IMG/VR virus record: IMGVR_UViG_3300044267_005592
Span: 1-61,413 of that record
Source of the DNA: a virus
Taxonomy: Duplodnaviria > Caudoviricetes
Direction: 5' to 3' (one strand)
Length of the DNA stretch: 61,413 bases
In this document: one piece after another, positions 35,288 to 43,537 of the stretch
Numbering within the stretch: the stretch's first letter is position 1
How the letters are laid out: every line of letters starts with the position of its first letter
The notes under the pieces: model-generated
Databases searched by the model: none
What the model was told of the DNA's origin: nothing
What the model saw: only the letters and a program-made list of their open reading frames with translations
Position numbers and translations under genes: made by a program

Positions 35288-36934
35288 CTAGTGTCCTGGA
35301 AAGGGTAAACCATCTTTAGCTAATGATGGCTCTATAGTTTCCTTATCTTTTGTCATTAAACATTCCGTAGTTATAATTGTTCCTGCAACTGAACCAGCTT
35401 TTTCTATAGCTGTTCTAGTTACTTTAGCAGGGTCTATAATTCCTGACTCTAACATATCAACTACTTTCTCAATTCTTGCATCATACCCTTTTGTCTTCGA
35501 ATCTTCAGAATGAATACGCATCCAAATTAATTCCCAATTTAGACCAGCATTAGACATTATAGCTTCGAAAGGTGCTTTACAAGCTCTTTGAATAATTTGA
35601 GAACCTCTTAATTGGTCATCATTTTCTATATCTACTTTAGCACTTAATCCTGCATGCATTAAAGCAATACCTCCTCCAGGTACTATACCTTCATCTAAAG
35701 CTGCTCTAGTTGCACAAAGAGAATCTTCTACTCTAAACTTCTTTTCTTCCATCTCCAATTCTGAATCTGCACCTATTCTACAAATAGCAACACCACCGGA
35801 TAGTTTTCCTAATCTCTCTTGGAGTTGTTCTGTATCATAATGGGATTCTGAGTCTTCTATTGCTGCAGTGATTTCTCTAACTCTAGATTCTATGTCTTTA
35901 GCATCACCATTTCCATCTATAATTGTAGTTCTCTTATTATTGATAGTAACTAATCTTGCAGAACCAAACCAGTTAGAATCGAAGTTAGTCAATTTCATAG
36001 CTTTATTAGGACTTACTACTGTTCCTCCTGTTAATACTGCAATATCTTCTAGGTTATCAGTTCTTTTTTCCCCATATCCAGCTGCTTTTACTGCTGCTAC
36101 ATTTAAAGTTCCTCTAGCCTTATTAACTATAAGACCTGCAAGAGCTTCGCCATCTATATCTTCAGCGATTATTAATAAAGACTTACCTGATGCAATACAA
36201 GCTTCTAAAGGTTTTACTAAATACTTTAAACTAGAAAGTTTTTCATCTACTAATAATATATTAGGGTCTTCTAGTTCTACTTGCATATTACTTTGGTTAG
36301 TTATAAAGTATGGTGAGCAATAACCTTTATCGAATTGTAAACCTTCTACAGTTTCTAAATAAGATTCTGCTGTTCTTGATTCTTCTACAGTCACAACTCC
36401 TTCTTTACCTACTTTATCTATAGCTGCACCAATTAACTTACCAATTTCTGAGTCATTATTTGCACTAATTCTAGCAATGTTTTCCACTTCTTTCTGACTT
36501 TTTATATCCTTAGATATTTTTTCTACTTCTTCAACTATAACTTTTACAGCTTTATCCATTCCCCTTTTTAGTTCTATAGGGTTGCATCCATTTTCTATAG
36601 CTTTAAAACCTTCATTTATGATTTCATCAGCTAATACAGTTGCTGTAGTTGTACCATCTCCGGCTTCGTCATTTACTTGGTTAGCTACTTCTTTTACCAT
36701 TTGTGCACCTGCATTTTCTAATTCATCTTTTAGTTGAATTTCTTTTGCTACAGTAACACCATCTTTTGTTGAAATATATTCCCCATATTCTTTTTCTATA
36801 ACTACATTTCTACCTCTTGGCCCAAGCGTAACTTTTACCGCTCTAGCTAATTGATTCACTCCAGATTTAATCTTTAGTCTAGCTTCTCTTTCGAAGTCTA
36901 AATTAGTAATGTTAGGGTTCCATTTTTTAGCCAT
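35288..36934 (-). CDS. groEL: Chaperonin GroEL
   Basis: TLGPRGRNV, TKDGVTVAK, AGDGTTTATVLA, GIVPGGG, GIIDPAKV. Confidence 0.97.
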   Translation of the reverse strand: MAKKWNPNITNLDFEREARLKIKSGVNQLARAVKVTLGPRGRNVVIEKEYGEYISTKDGVTVAKEIQLKDELENAGAQMVKEVANQVNDEAGDGTTTATVLADEIINEGFKAIENGCNPIELKRGMDKAVKVIVEEVEKISKDIKSQKEVENIARISANNDSEIGKLIGAAIDKVGKEGVVTVEESRTAESYLETVEGLQFDKGYCSPYFITNQSNMQVELEDPNILLVDEKLSSLKYLVKPLEACIASGKSLLIIAEDIDGEALAGLIVNKARGTLNVAAVKAAGYGEKRTDNLEDIAVLTGGTVVSPNKAMKLTNFDSNWFGSARLVTINNKRTTIIDGNGDAKDIESRVREITAAIEDSESHYDTEQLQERLGKLSGGVAICRIGADSELEMEEKKFRVEDSLCATRAALDEGIVPGGGIALMHAGLSAKVDIENDDQLRGSQIIQRACKAPFEAIMSNAGLNWELIWMRIHSEDSKTKGYDARIEKVVDMLESGIIDPAKVTRTAIEKAGSVAGTIITTECLMTKDKETIEPSLAKDGLPFPGH

Positions 36935-37236
36935 TATTTATCCTCCTTAATTATTGTTAAAATTTCACATTCTTTTATTATATGATATTCTACATCGTCT
37001 ACTTCTATAAGCTTAGACATATTTTTTTGGTACAAAACTCTATCACCAACTTTACATTGACCTGGTGTATAAGTTCCGCTAACTAGTGATTTCATTCCCG
37101 GCCCGATAGCTACTACTTTACCAAATAAATTACTTTCTTTGGTTAAATCTGGCATGATAACACCGCCTGAAGTCGTACTTACATCTTCTTGGGAAATTTC
37201 GATAATGATTCTATCTTCTATTGGATTGAATTCCAT
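36934..37236 (-). CDS. groES: Co-chaperonin GroES
   Basis: PIEDRI, TSGGVIMP, GKVVAIGPG, KVGDRVL. Confidence 0.92.
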   Translation of the reverse strand: MEFNPIEDRIIIEISQEDVSTTSGGVIMPDLTKESNLFGKVVAIGPGMKSLVSGTYTPGQCKVGDRVLYQKNMSKLIEVDDVEYHIIKECEILTIIKEDK

Positions 37237-37280
37237 AATTATAACCTCCTTTTTATTATTGTTTATAACGTTTTTATTTA

Positions 37281-37291
37281 ATATAAATATC
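37281..37291 (-). promoter_or_regulatory. GATATTTATAT, putative late promoter of groES-groEL
   Basis: Identical 11-mer at 52062-52072 and 54171-54181. Confidence 0.6.
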
Positions 37292-37295
37292 AGTA

Positions 37296-39734
37296 TTACT
37301 TTTTAAACTCATCACTTTCTAGCAAAATTTTTATTTTGTCTATAAGTTTAAATTCATCTAATTGTTCTAATACTTGTTTTTTAAAATACACATCGTAATC
37401 TATTTCAAAGACGTCTTTTCTTTTATCGATATACTTTAAATCTTCTGAATTTAGGCATATAGCTTTCTGTCTTTCTTTTGCTTTTAAATCCTCTTCACAA
37501 TTACTTTTTATATAAAATAAATAAGGATTGTCTTGATGTGTTATTTTAGTTCCTAATTTTTCATTTGCCCACTTTGCTGCTTTAACATGTTGAGGCATTG
37601 TCTTTTCATAATCTTTAAATGGTTTGCCAAAAGCTTTAGATATACCAATAGTTTCATAAGGCTGACTTTCTAATATACTTCTTAAATCTTTAACCCAATT
37701 TACATCTAATTGGTCTCTAACAGCTAATTCAGCCATATCATTTAGTTTATCTTTTAAAAATTCTGGGGTATCTTTTCTGATTATATTTAAGCCTCTAATA
37801 TACTTCTTACCAGTTTCTCTTATGATAGTATAATACCTTTTCTTTGCTTCACTGAAATAAGCATATTCTAAGTCATATTCGAATTTTAAATCCATGTGAT
37901 TATATTCCAAATCTACTTCTGGATTATACTTCTTAACAAAGTTATTCTCTAAATTCTTATTAAAGCCTTCCAACTCTATATTCATTTGCTCTTCATTCTT
38001 ACCTTCGGACTTAACAAATATAGAATCTGTATCACCATATAAAGTCTTATGGCCTCTACTAGTAAAATCTACTATAGCATATTTTAAAGCTTGTCTAGCA
38101 AAAAATGTAATAGCATCTGCACATTCATAAGAACATAATCTAAAGTAATTAAAGCCCATTGCACCGTAAGCTGAATTAAGTATAAGTTTAAAAGCCCACT
38201 GTCGCTTTTTCATAGCTACAGCCATATCACCTTCATAGTTACCAGCTTTTAAATTACTATTTATTTCGACTCTTTTTAAGAATAGCTTCTTAAGTATTAT
38301 AGGCATTAAACCTAATTTGTGTTTGTGAGAATAGAATAAATATCTCTTACCAAAAAGGTCTTCTTGAAATCCAGTATCTATTACTGGTACACCATCTTTT
38401 TCTAATTCAGATTTAACATCTTCGAAGTTTATTCCTAACTTTTGACACTCTTCTTCTGAAGTTATAAAAGTTTCTGGACTGATATTAAATGCCATTATTG
38501 TTGTAGGATATAGCGAAGTATAATCCATAACAGTAACATCTTTATGTCTACCAGGTTCTGTAGGGTCTATAACTATAGCACCAGCATATCCACGCCTTTG
38601 GATAGTTCGCCTAGTAGGGAATATCATTTTGTTATGAAATTCTTTAACCATATAGTTATCTACAATCATAGACTTAAAGAATACTAAACTTAAAGTTTCT
38701 AAATTAGCAATCTGTTGCATTGTTATATACAAATCGAACATTTGTATTTTATCATTTATTTCTTTAAGAATTTCAACATCCCGTACAGCGTATTTAATAA
38801 AACCATTATAATCATCTAACCAATCTCGCCAAGTTACGTCTGTAAGTTTATCGTAGTTTTCATCACCAGTTATTTCTTTTACTGCTGTTGCCAATTTCCA
38901 ATTAGGAAGGTTGTAGCCCATATCTTTTAGACCTTCCATCATATCAACATGGTCTAAACCTCTTATATTAAATCGCCAGTAATCTCCACGTTTTCTCATA
39001 TAGACATCTTCTACTGGAGACATCTTTTCAAATGGTAATCCTAAAACTTTACACCTATTAATTATGTAAGGAACGTCAAAGCCACCTGAGTACCAACCAG
39101 TAAGAATATCTACATTACTAACACTAAGTAAATCTAAAAATCCCCAAATAACTTCTTCTTCAGTCTTACTAAATACATAAGTGACATCGCCTTTATCTAC
39201 GATTTTAGGTTCTTCGAAGTCTTTAGTTTTTTCTGGGTGCCAAGAGAATACAAAATACCTTTCTTTCTCTGTAGAATAAAGCACGATAGAAGTTATTGGC
39301 ATTAGAGCTTTTCCTGGAGAGTTTTTAGAATTATCAGCAGGGTCGTACCAAGTTTCAATATCAAAATACATTATGTGTCGTTTATTAGACCACTGTAAAT
39401 TGTTATCTAAAACATATTTGAATTCTGGTTTAACATCTGCTTGAAAAATTCTATCTCTAAAAGTCCTATCTATATTATTCTTTTCTTTTATAGAAGAGTA
39501 ATATATTTTATTAACTTTTTCCCCATTCATACTATCGTAGAATTTGGTATCCCCACAATCAAAAGCCCGCTTATCTTCTATATCGTCTAAATGATTTGCA
39601 TTGTAATAAAAATAGTCTCTATAAGTGTCTACTTTTTTTACAAACTTTCCTTCTTGGTTATATCCAAATTGATGGATATTCCAAACCCCTTTGCCAAACT
39701 TGGCAGCTATTCTTGATAATTTAAATTCTTCCAT
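37296..39734 (-). CDS. Family B DNA polymerase with 3'-5' exonuclease
   Basis: FDIET, GFDVPY, DYTSLYP, KLILNSAYG, YGDTDS. Confidence 0.95.
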   Translation of the reverse strand: MEEFKLSRIAAKFGKGVWNIHQFGYNQEGKFVKKVDTYRDYFYYNANHLDDIEDKRAFDCGDTKFYDSMNGEKVNKIYYSSIKEKNNIDRTFRDRIFQADVKPEFKYVLDNNLQWSNKRHIMYFDIETWYDPADNSKNSPGKALMPITSIVLYSTEKERYFVFSWHPEKTKDFEEPKIVDKGDVTYVFSKTEEEVIWGFLDLLSVSNVDILTGWYSGGFDVPYIINRCKVLGLPFEKMSPVEDVYMRKRGDYWRFNIRGLDHVDMMEGLKDMGYNLPNWKLATAVKEITGDENYDKLTDVTWRDWLDDYNGFIKYAVRDVEILKEINDKIQMFDLYITMQQIANLETLSLVFFKSMIVDNYMVKEFHNKMIFPTRRTIQRRGYAGAIVIDPTEPGRHKDVTVMDYTSLYPTTIMAFNISPETFITSEEECQKLGINFEDVKSELEKDGVPVIDTGFQEDLFGKRYLFYSHKHKLGLMPIILKKLFLKRVEINSNLKAGNYEGDMAVAMKKRQWAFKLILNSAYGAMGFNYFRLCSYECADAITFFARQALKYAIVDFTSRGHKTLYGDTDSIFVKSEGKNEEQMNIELEGFNKNLENNFVKKYNPEVDLEYNHMDLKFEYDLEYAYFSEAKKRYYTIIRETGKKYIRGLNIIRKDTPEFLKDKLNDMAELAVRDQLDVNWVKDLRSILESQPYETIGISKAFGKPFKDYEKTMPQHVKAAKWANEKLGTKITHQDNPYLFYIKSNCEEDLKAKERQKAICLNSEDLKYIDKRKDVFEIDYDVYFKKQVLEQLDEFKLIDKIKILLESDEFKK

Positions 39735-39753
39735 ATTGTTATATATTTATACC

Positions 39754-39773
39754 TAAATATAAGAAATCTTTTT
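39754..39773 (-). promoter_or_regulatory. Putative early/middle promoter (AAAGATTTCTTATATTTA)
   Basis: Repeated motif directly upstream of polB. Confidence 0.6.
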
Positions 39774-39792
39774 CACTTTCCTATGCTATTTT

Positions 39793-40248
39793 TTAATTAT
39801 TTTTGAGAAAGTTATTAACAATTACACCAGCTTCTTTTAAGAATTCTAAGCCATTTGGTTCGTAATTATCTCTATAAACTACTCGCTTTATACCAGACTG
39901 ATGAATAAGTTTAGCACAGTTTCTACATGGAGCAGTTGTAAGATATAGAGTAGCACCTTCACAAGAATTCCCATACTTAGCACACTTCAGAATTGCATTT
40001 GCTTCTGCATGAAGAACTTCCCATTTAGTTTTATCATCTACTTCACAATCATTTTCGAATCCAGAAGGCATTCCATTATACCCATCTGAAATAATCTGAG
40101 TATTCTTTACAATAAGTGCACCTACTTTCCTCCTTTTGGCATGGGACAATTGAGCCCAAGATTCTGCCATTTGAATATAAGTTGCGTCTTTCTTATTTAG
40201 TTCCTGTACTTCCAAATCCTCCATCTCCTCTATTAGATTCCTCTTCAT
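39793..40248 (-). CDS. dCMP deaminase
   Basis: KVGALIV, DGYNG, HAEANA, PCRNC. The true start is probably downstream of 40248 (for example ATG 40224). Confidence 0.9.
   Translation of the reverse strand: MKRNLIEEMEDLEVQELNKKDATYIQMAESWAQLSHAKRRKVGALIVKNTQIISDGYNGMPSGFENDCEVDDKTKWEVLHAEANAILKCAKYGNSCEGATLYLTTAPCRNCAKLIHQSGIKRVVYRDNYEPNGLEFLKEAGVIVNNFLKNN
39808..39823 (-). promoter_or_regulatory. 16-bp upstream element AATTGTTAATAACTTT, copy 1
   Basis: Exact copy at 51001-51016; both lie at the same offset from a TATATT promoter core. Confidence 0.55.
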
Positions 40249-40630
40249 ATAAATTTTCTTCGCTAACTTCTTCTAGGATTGGATTTCCTAATTTTAGAAG
40301 TACGAATTGAACTACTTTATCTCCTGGTAATAATTGTGTATACTCCTGACCTATATTTACCAAATGAATATGAACTTCACCTTGATAACCACAATCTACT
40401 ACACAAGCTCCAACTTGTAATCCTTTTTTAGTGGCTACTCCTGATTTGTTAAATGCTACTAAAGCATAACCTTCAGGAACGTTTACTTTGATTCCAGAAG
40501 CTATTAAGCAACTATCTCCTGGTGTTAGTGTTATTGTACCCGCAGTTTCAGGAACAAAAAAATCTATTCCTGCATCTGTATTATTTGCTCTCTTTGGTGT
40601 TTTTACATCCTTAACTTTTGCAAATTTCAT
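40193..40630 (-). CDS. dut: Trimeric dUTPase
   Basis: AGIDF, KSG, VVDCGYQGE, VQFV, RGDGGFGSTG. Confidence 0.92.
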   Translation of the reverse strand: MKFAKVKDVKTPKRANNTDAGIDFFVPETAGTITLTPGDSCLIASGIKVNVPEGYALVAFNKSGVATKKGLQVGACVVDCGYQGEVHIHLVNIGQEYTQLLPGDKVVQFVLLKLGNPILEEVSEENLYEEESNRGDGGFGSTGTK

Positions 40631-40640
40631 TTTAATCTCC

Positions 40641-41441
40641 TTACTTATTTTGTTTTAATATACCTTTTTCATTTTCAAATACATGTAAAGAAGTTATGTG
40701 CATTTGAAAAAATCCTAATTTAATATCCTTCCACTTCAATTCTAGAGGTGGATTATCATTATCTTGTCTCTTAAGAAAGTCTGCTTTTTCCAATTCAATC
40801 TTTTTCAATTCTTCTAGAATAAAGTAAGCTTTTCTGCAAGCCATGTATATATCATCTCTGAAGTGTCTTAGAAAATCACAAGACCTTATGTAATATATTA
40901 TATGTAAAAAATCATTTCTTACAATAAATTGATAACCTAAAGTACAAGGAACTCTTTCACCATGAACTGCTCCTGTATCTTCAGGAAACCATATAGGTAA
41001 AAAAGCTTGTCTTGTTAAAGGCTCTTCATATAGTAATCTTATAACATCATCTAAATTCCCATACTTATATCTCATACCTCTAAGTTTATGAGGCCAAATT
41101 CTTTCTGGATAAGTGTGAGAAAACTGTTCATCTGATTTGAATTTCTTATTATTCTTTTGGGCAAAGGGCCACCACTCATTACTTGGTGGAGGGTTTAGAG
41201 GTAGTCTACCAATCCTCTCTTCAAAGTGGTCATCAGCCCAAGGTAAATTTGGATTAATGTCTAATTGCATTTGGCTTACATTCTGAGGCATTTTGAAACC
41301 AAAGCTATGTCCAAATAGTTCCCACATACCTTGGTTCACATCTATAGATTGCCAACGGCCGGAATTTACTACTTGACCTAAATTATACAACTTTTCTTTA
41401 GTTGCTTTAATTGCTATATCTGCCGATTCATAATACTGCAT
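40641..41441 (-). CDS. Divergent thymidylate synthase / dCMP hydroxymethylase homolog
   Basis: TRQA, catalytic VPC, RSCDFLRHFRDD, SLHVF. Confidence 0.8.
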   Translation of the reverse strand: MQYYESADIAIKATKEKLYNLGQVVNSGRWQSIDVNQGMWELFGHSFGFKMPQNVSQMQLDINPNLPWADDHFEERIGRLPLNPPPSNEWWPFAQKNNKKFKSDEQFSHTYPERIWPHKLRGMRYKYGNLDDVIRLLYEEPLTRQAFLPIWFPEDTGAVHGERVPCTLGYQFIVRNDFLHIIYYIRSCDFLRHFRDDIYMACRKAYFILEELKKIELEKADFLKRQDNDNPPLELKWKDIKLGFFQMHITSLHVFENEKGILKQNK

Positions 41442-42777
41442 GTTGCATACCTTCTTTAAATAATTTAATAACCTTTTTTCTATAATCTAAAGGCTGAGTT
41501 TTAATACTCTCATTCTTTAATGGAGCTTTGCTTCTATCTACAATCTTCTTAGGAACCCAATCTCCAAAAGTAGTTTTAAGAATTTCTTTATTCATTCTTT
41601 CCATTCTAGTACAACCTAAAGCATACCTAATAACATCATGACCTAAAAATGGATTTCTCAATTCTATTGTATGGGCCATAGACATTCTATCGAGTCTTGG
41701 TAAATGATAGTAAGTTAGTTCGTGGTATATATCAGAACCTTGCGAATCATATTCACTAATTCTTCTATAACCACCAAATAATTCATCAGCACCATCACCT
41801 GATAAAACTATCCTATGTCCAGTTTTTGCTACAGCATCAAACAAATGGAATTGTGGTATTACAGAACCTAAGTCAATTGGAGTTTCATTCCATTTACAAT
41901 AGATTTCTTTTAACATACTCTTATCGTTTAAATCATAAGTAAGTTTATTAACTTTTATACCATAGAAATCTTCACAAAGTTTTATGTATTCAGATTCTCC
42001 ATTCTCAATAGTATAATAAGTAACGTCTGCACCTTCCCATTCTAGTATTGATGTTATGATAGTAGAATCTAATCCTCCAGAAAGTAAAACTGATATTGGA
42101 TAATTCTTAGATAGTAACCTTCTTTTAACAGAAGTTTTTAGAATCTCTTTTAAATCTCCAGATTTTGGAGTAAATATAAAATTATCAATAGTACTTACTA
42201 TTTTTGAATCATTTTTCCAAGAATAAATCTTAGTAGGATTTAATCTAGATATACCACTCCAAGGAGTTTTAAGGTCATGATTATATCCCCACTTATTGAT
42301 AGAACCAAAATAAGCTGGGTCTATTAAATTGTTATTATGGAGTGGTTTTATTTCTGAACATATTTCATAATCTTCATTTATGTACAATTGTTTTTTACCT
42401 AATGGGTCTGTAAAACATATAAAAGTATTTGTACTCTTATTATAATAAACTATAGACCAAAACCCATCCCAAGATTCATACTCTTTAAACTTATGTTTTC
42501 TGAAGTGCTCTAAATCTTTACAATCAGCAAAAAATGTTTTTAAGTATTCAGTATCAGAACTGTATTTGTCGGGATAATTAAATATCTCACCATTAAATAG
42601 TAAAATACCATCATCAGATTCTATTGGCTGTTTCCATTCATCATTATCTCTAGTCTGAATAGGTAATCTGTGATGTATAAAATGTTTATCGTCTTTACTA
42701 ATGTAATGACTTTCCGTTCCTCTATGTTTTATCATAGGACCTCTTTCAGGTCTATTTGTAACTAATATTCCACACAT
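41428..42777 (-). CDS. Asparagine synthetase B-like glutamine amidotransferase (compact, 449 aa)
   Basis: MCGI (Ntn Cys), HHRL, FNGEIFN, LSGGLDS (PP-loop), SGDGADELFGGY, DRMSMAHTIELRNPFL. Confidence 0.88.
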   Translation of the reverse strand: MCGILVTNRPERGPMIKHRGTESHYISKDDKHFIHHRLPIQTRDNDEWKQPIESDDGILLFNGEIFNYPDKYSSDTEYLKTFFADCKDLEHFRKHKFKEYESWDGFWSIVYYNKSTNTFICFTDPLGKKQLYINEDYEICSEIKPLHNNNLIDPAYFGSINKWGYNHDLKTPWSGISRLNPTKIYSWKNDSKIVSTIDNFIFTPKSGDLKEILKTSVKRRLLSKNYPISVLLSGGLDSTIITSILEWEGADVTYYTIENGESEYIKLCEDFYGIKVNKLTYDLNDKSMLKEIYCKWNETPIDLGSVIPQFHLFDAVAKTGHRIVLSGDGADELFGGYRRISEYDSQGSDIYHELTYYHLPRLDRMSMAHTIELRNPFLGHDVIRYALGCTRMERMNKEILKTTFGDWVPKKIVDRSKAPLKNESIKTQPLDYRKKVIKLFKEGMQHAVL

Positions 42778-43289
42778 AATTTTTTAAATCTATTTACTGA
42801 TTTTTCATCGAAAGCATTATAAAACCTTTCATAACCTACACCGCTATCTTTAAGAGCTTTTAAAAATGTATCAAAAGAATTTAATTCAACATCTCTAGGA
42901 ACATCGTCCCAAATATCTTTATAGCCTCTTTGTTCTGGATTTTTACCAACAACATAAATTATTTTAACGTTTTGGAATAAACCATCTTTTATAAAATAGT
43001 TAAATTGGTCCATAGCTTCTTCTTGGGTTATTCTCTTTTGGAATACTCCCCAAGCTAAAGCTGTTATAACACCTCTATCCATATAGGTACTATTAAGATA
43101 ACCATTTTTATTAAGTTCGTGAATCATAATCTCTTTGCCTAAACCTAAGCAATGACCATCAGTACACGTTTCTTTCAATCCAAGTCTTTCAAACCATCCT
43201 GTAAAAGGAAATTTGAAAACTGGAGTTTCTAATTGACTCAACAAAAATGTTTTGCCACTATTTCTTGCACCTTCTATAATTGTTAACAT
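42762..43289 (-). CDS. P-loop nucleoside monophosphate kinase (thymidylate-kinase-like)
   Basis: IIEGARNSGKT; YMDRG. Confidence 0.7.
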   Translation of the reverse strand: MLTIIEGARNSGKTFLLSQLETPVFKFPFTGWFERLGLKETCTDGHCLGLGKEIMIHELNKNGYLNSTYMDRGVITALAWGVFQKRITQEEAMDQFNYFIKDGLFQNVKIIYVVGKNPEQRGYKDIWDDVPRDVELNSFDTFLKALKDSGVGYERFYNAFDEKSVNRFKKLCVEY

Positions 43290-43293
43290 AATC

Positions 43294-43312
43294 TAAATAT
43301 AATAAAAATTTA
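43294..43312 (-). promoter_or_regulatory. Putative early/middle promoter (TTTTTATTATATTTAG) heading the pyrimidine operon
   Basis: Repeated motif a few bp upstream of the kinase ATG. Confidence 0.5.
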
Positions 43313-43336
43313 CGACTTTTAAAAACTTTATTAAGG

Positions 43337-43537
43337 TTATTTATAAGCACAATGCCTACAACCACTATTACAGCAATAACCTCTTTTTTTGTGATACTCT
43401 TCAGTAAAAACTACTTTACCATCTTCTTCATAAAAATCTTCGCGGGATGAAAAATCTTCTTCAAAATTTTTTCCGAGAAACTCCTTTAAGTATAATTTCT
43501 GTACCCAATCAAACAATTTCACAACTCCCGCCAGCAC
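43337..43537 (-). CDS. Small Cys-rich protein, DUF5522-like
   Basis: FYEEDGKVVFTEEYHKKRGYCCNSGCRHCAY; start uncertain. Confidence 0.65.
   Translation of the reverse strand: MLAGVVKLFDWVQKLYLKEFLGKNFEEDFSSREDFYEEDGKVVFTEEYHKKRGYCCNSGCRHCAYK
43437..43455. repeat. 19-bp exact dispersed repeat, copy 2
   Basis: Identical to 34682-34700. Confidence 0.85.

Noticed and set aside
39744-39751. T4-type late promoter TATAAATA upstream of polB
   Set aside because: A single instance in very AT-rich DNA, next to a better-supported repeated promoter motif.
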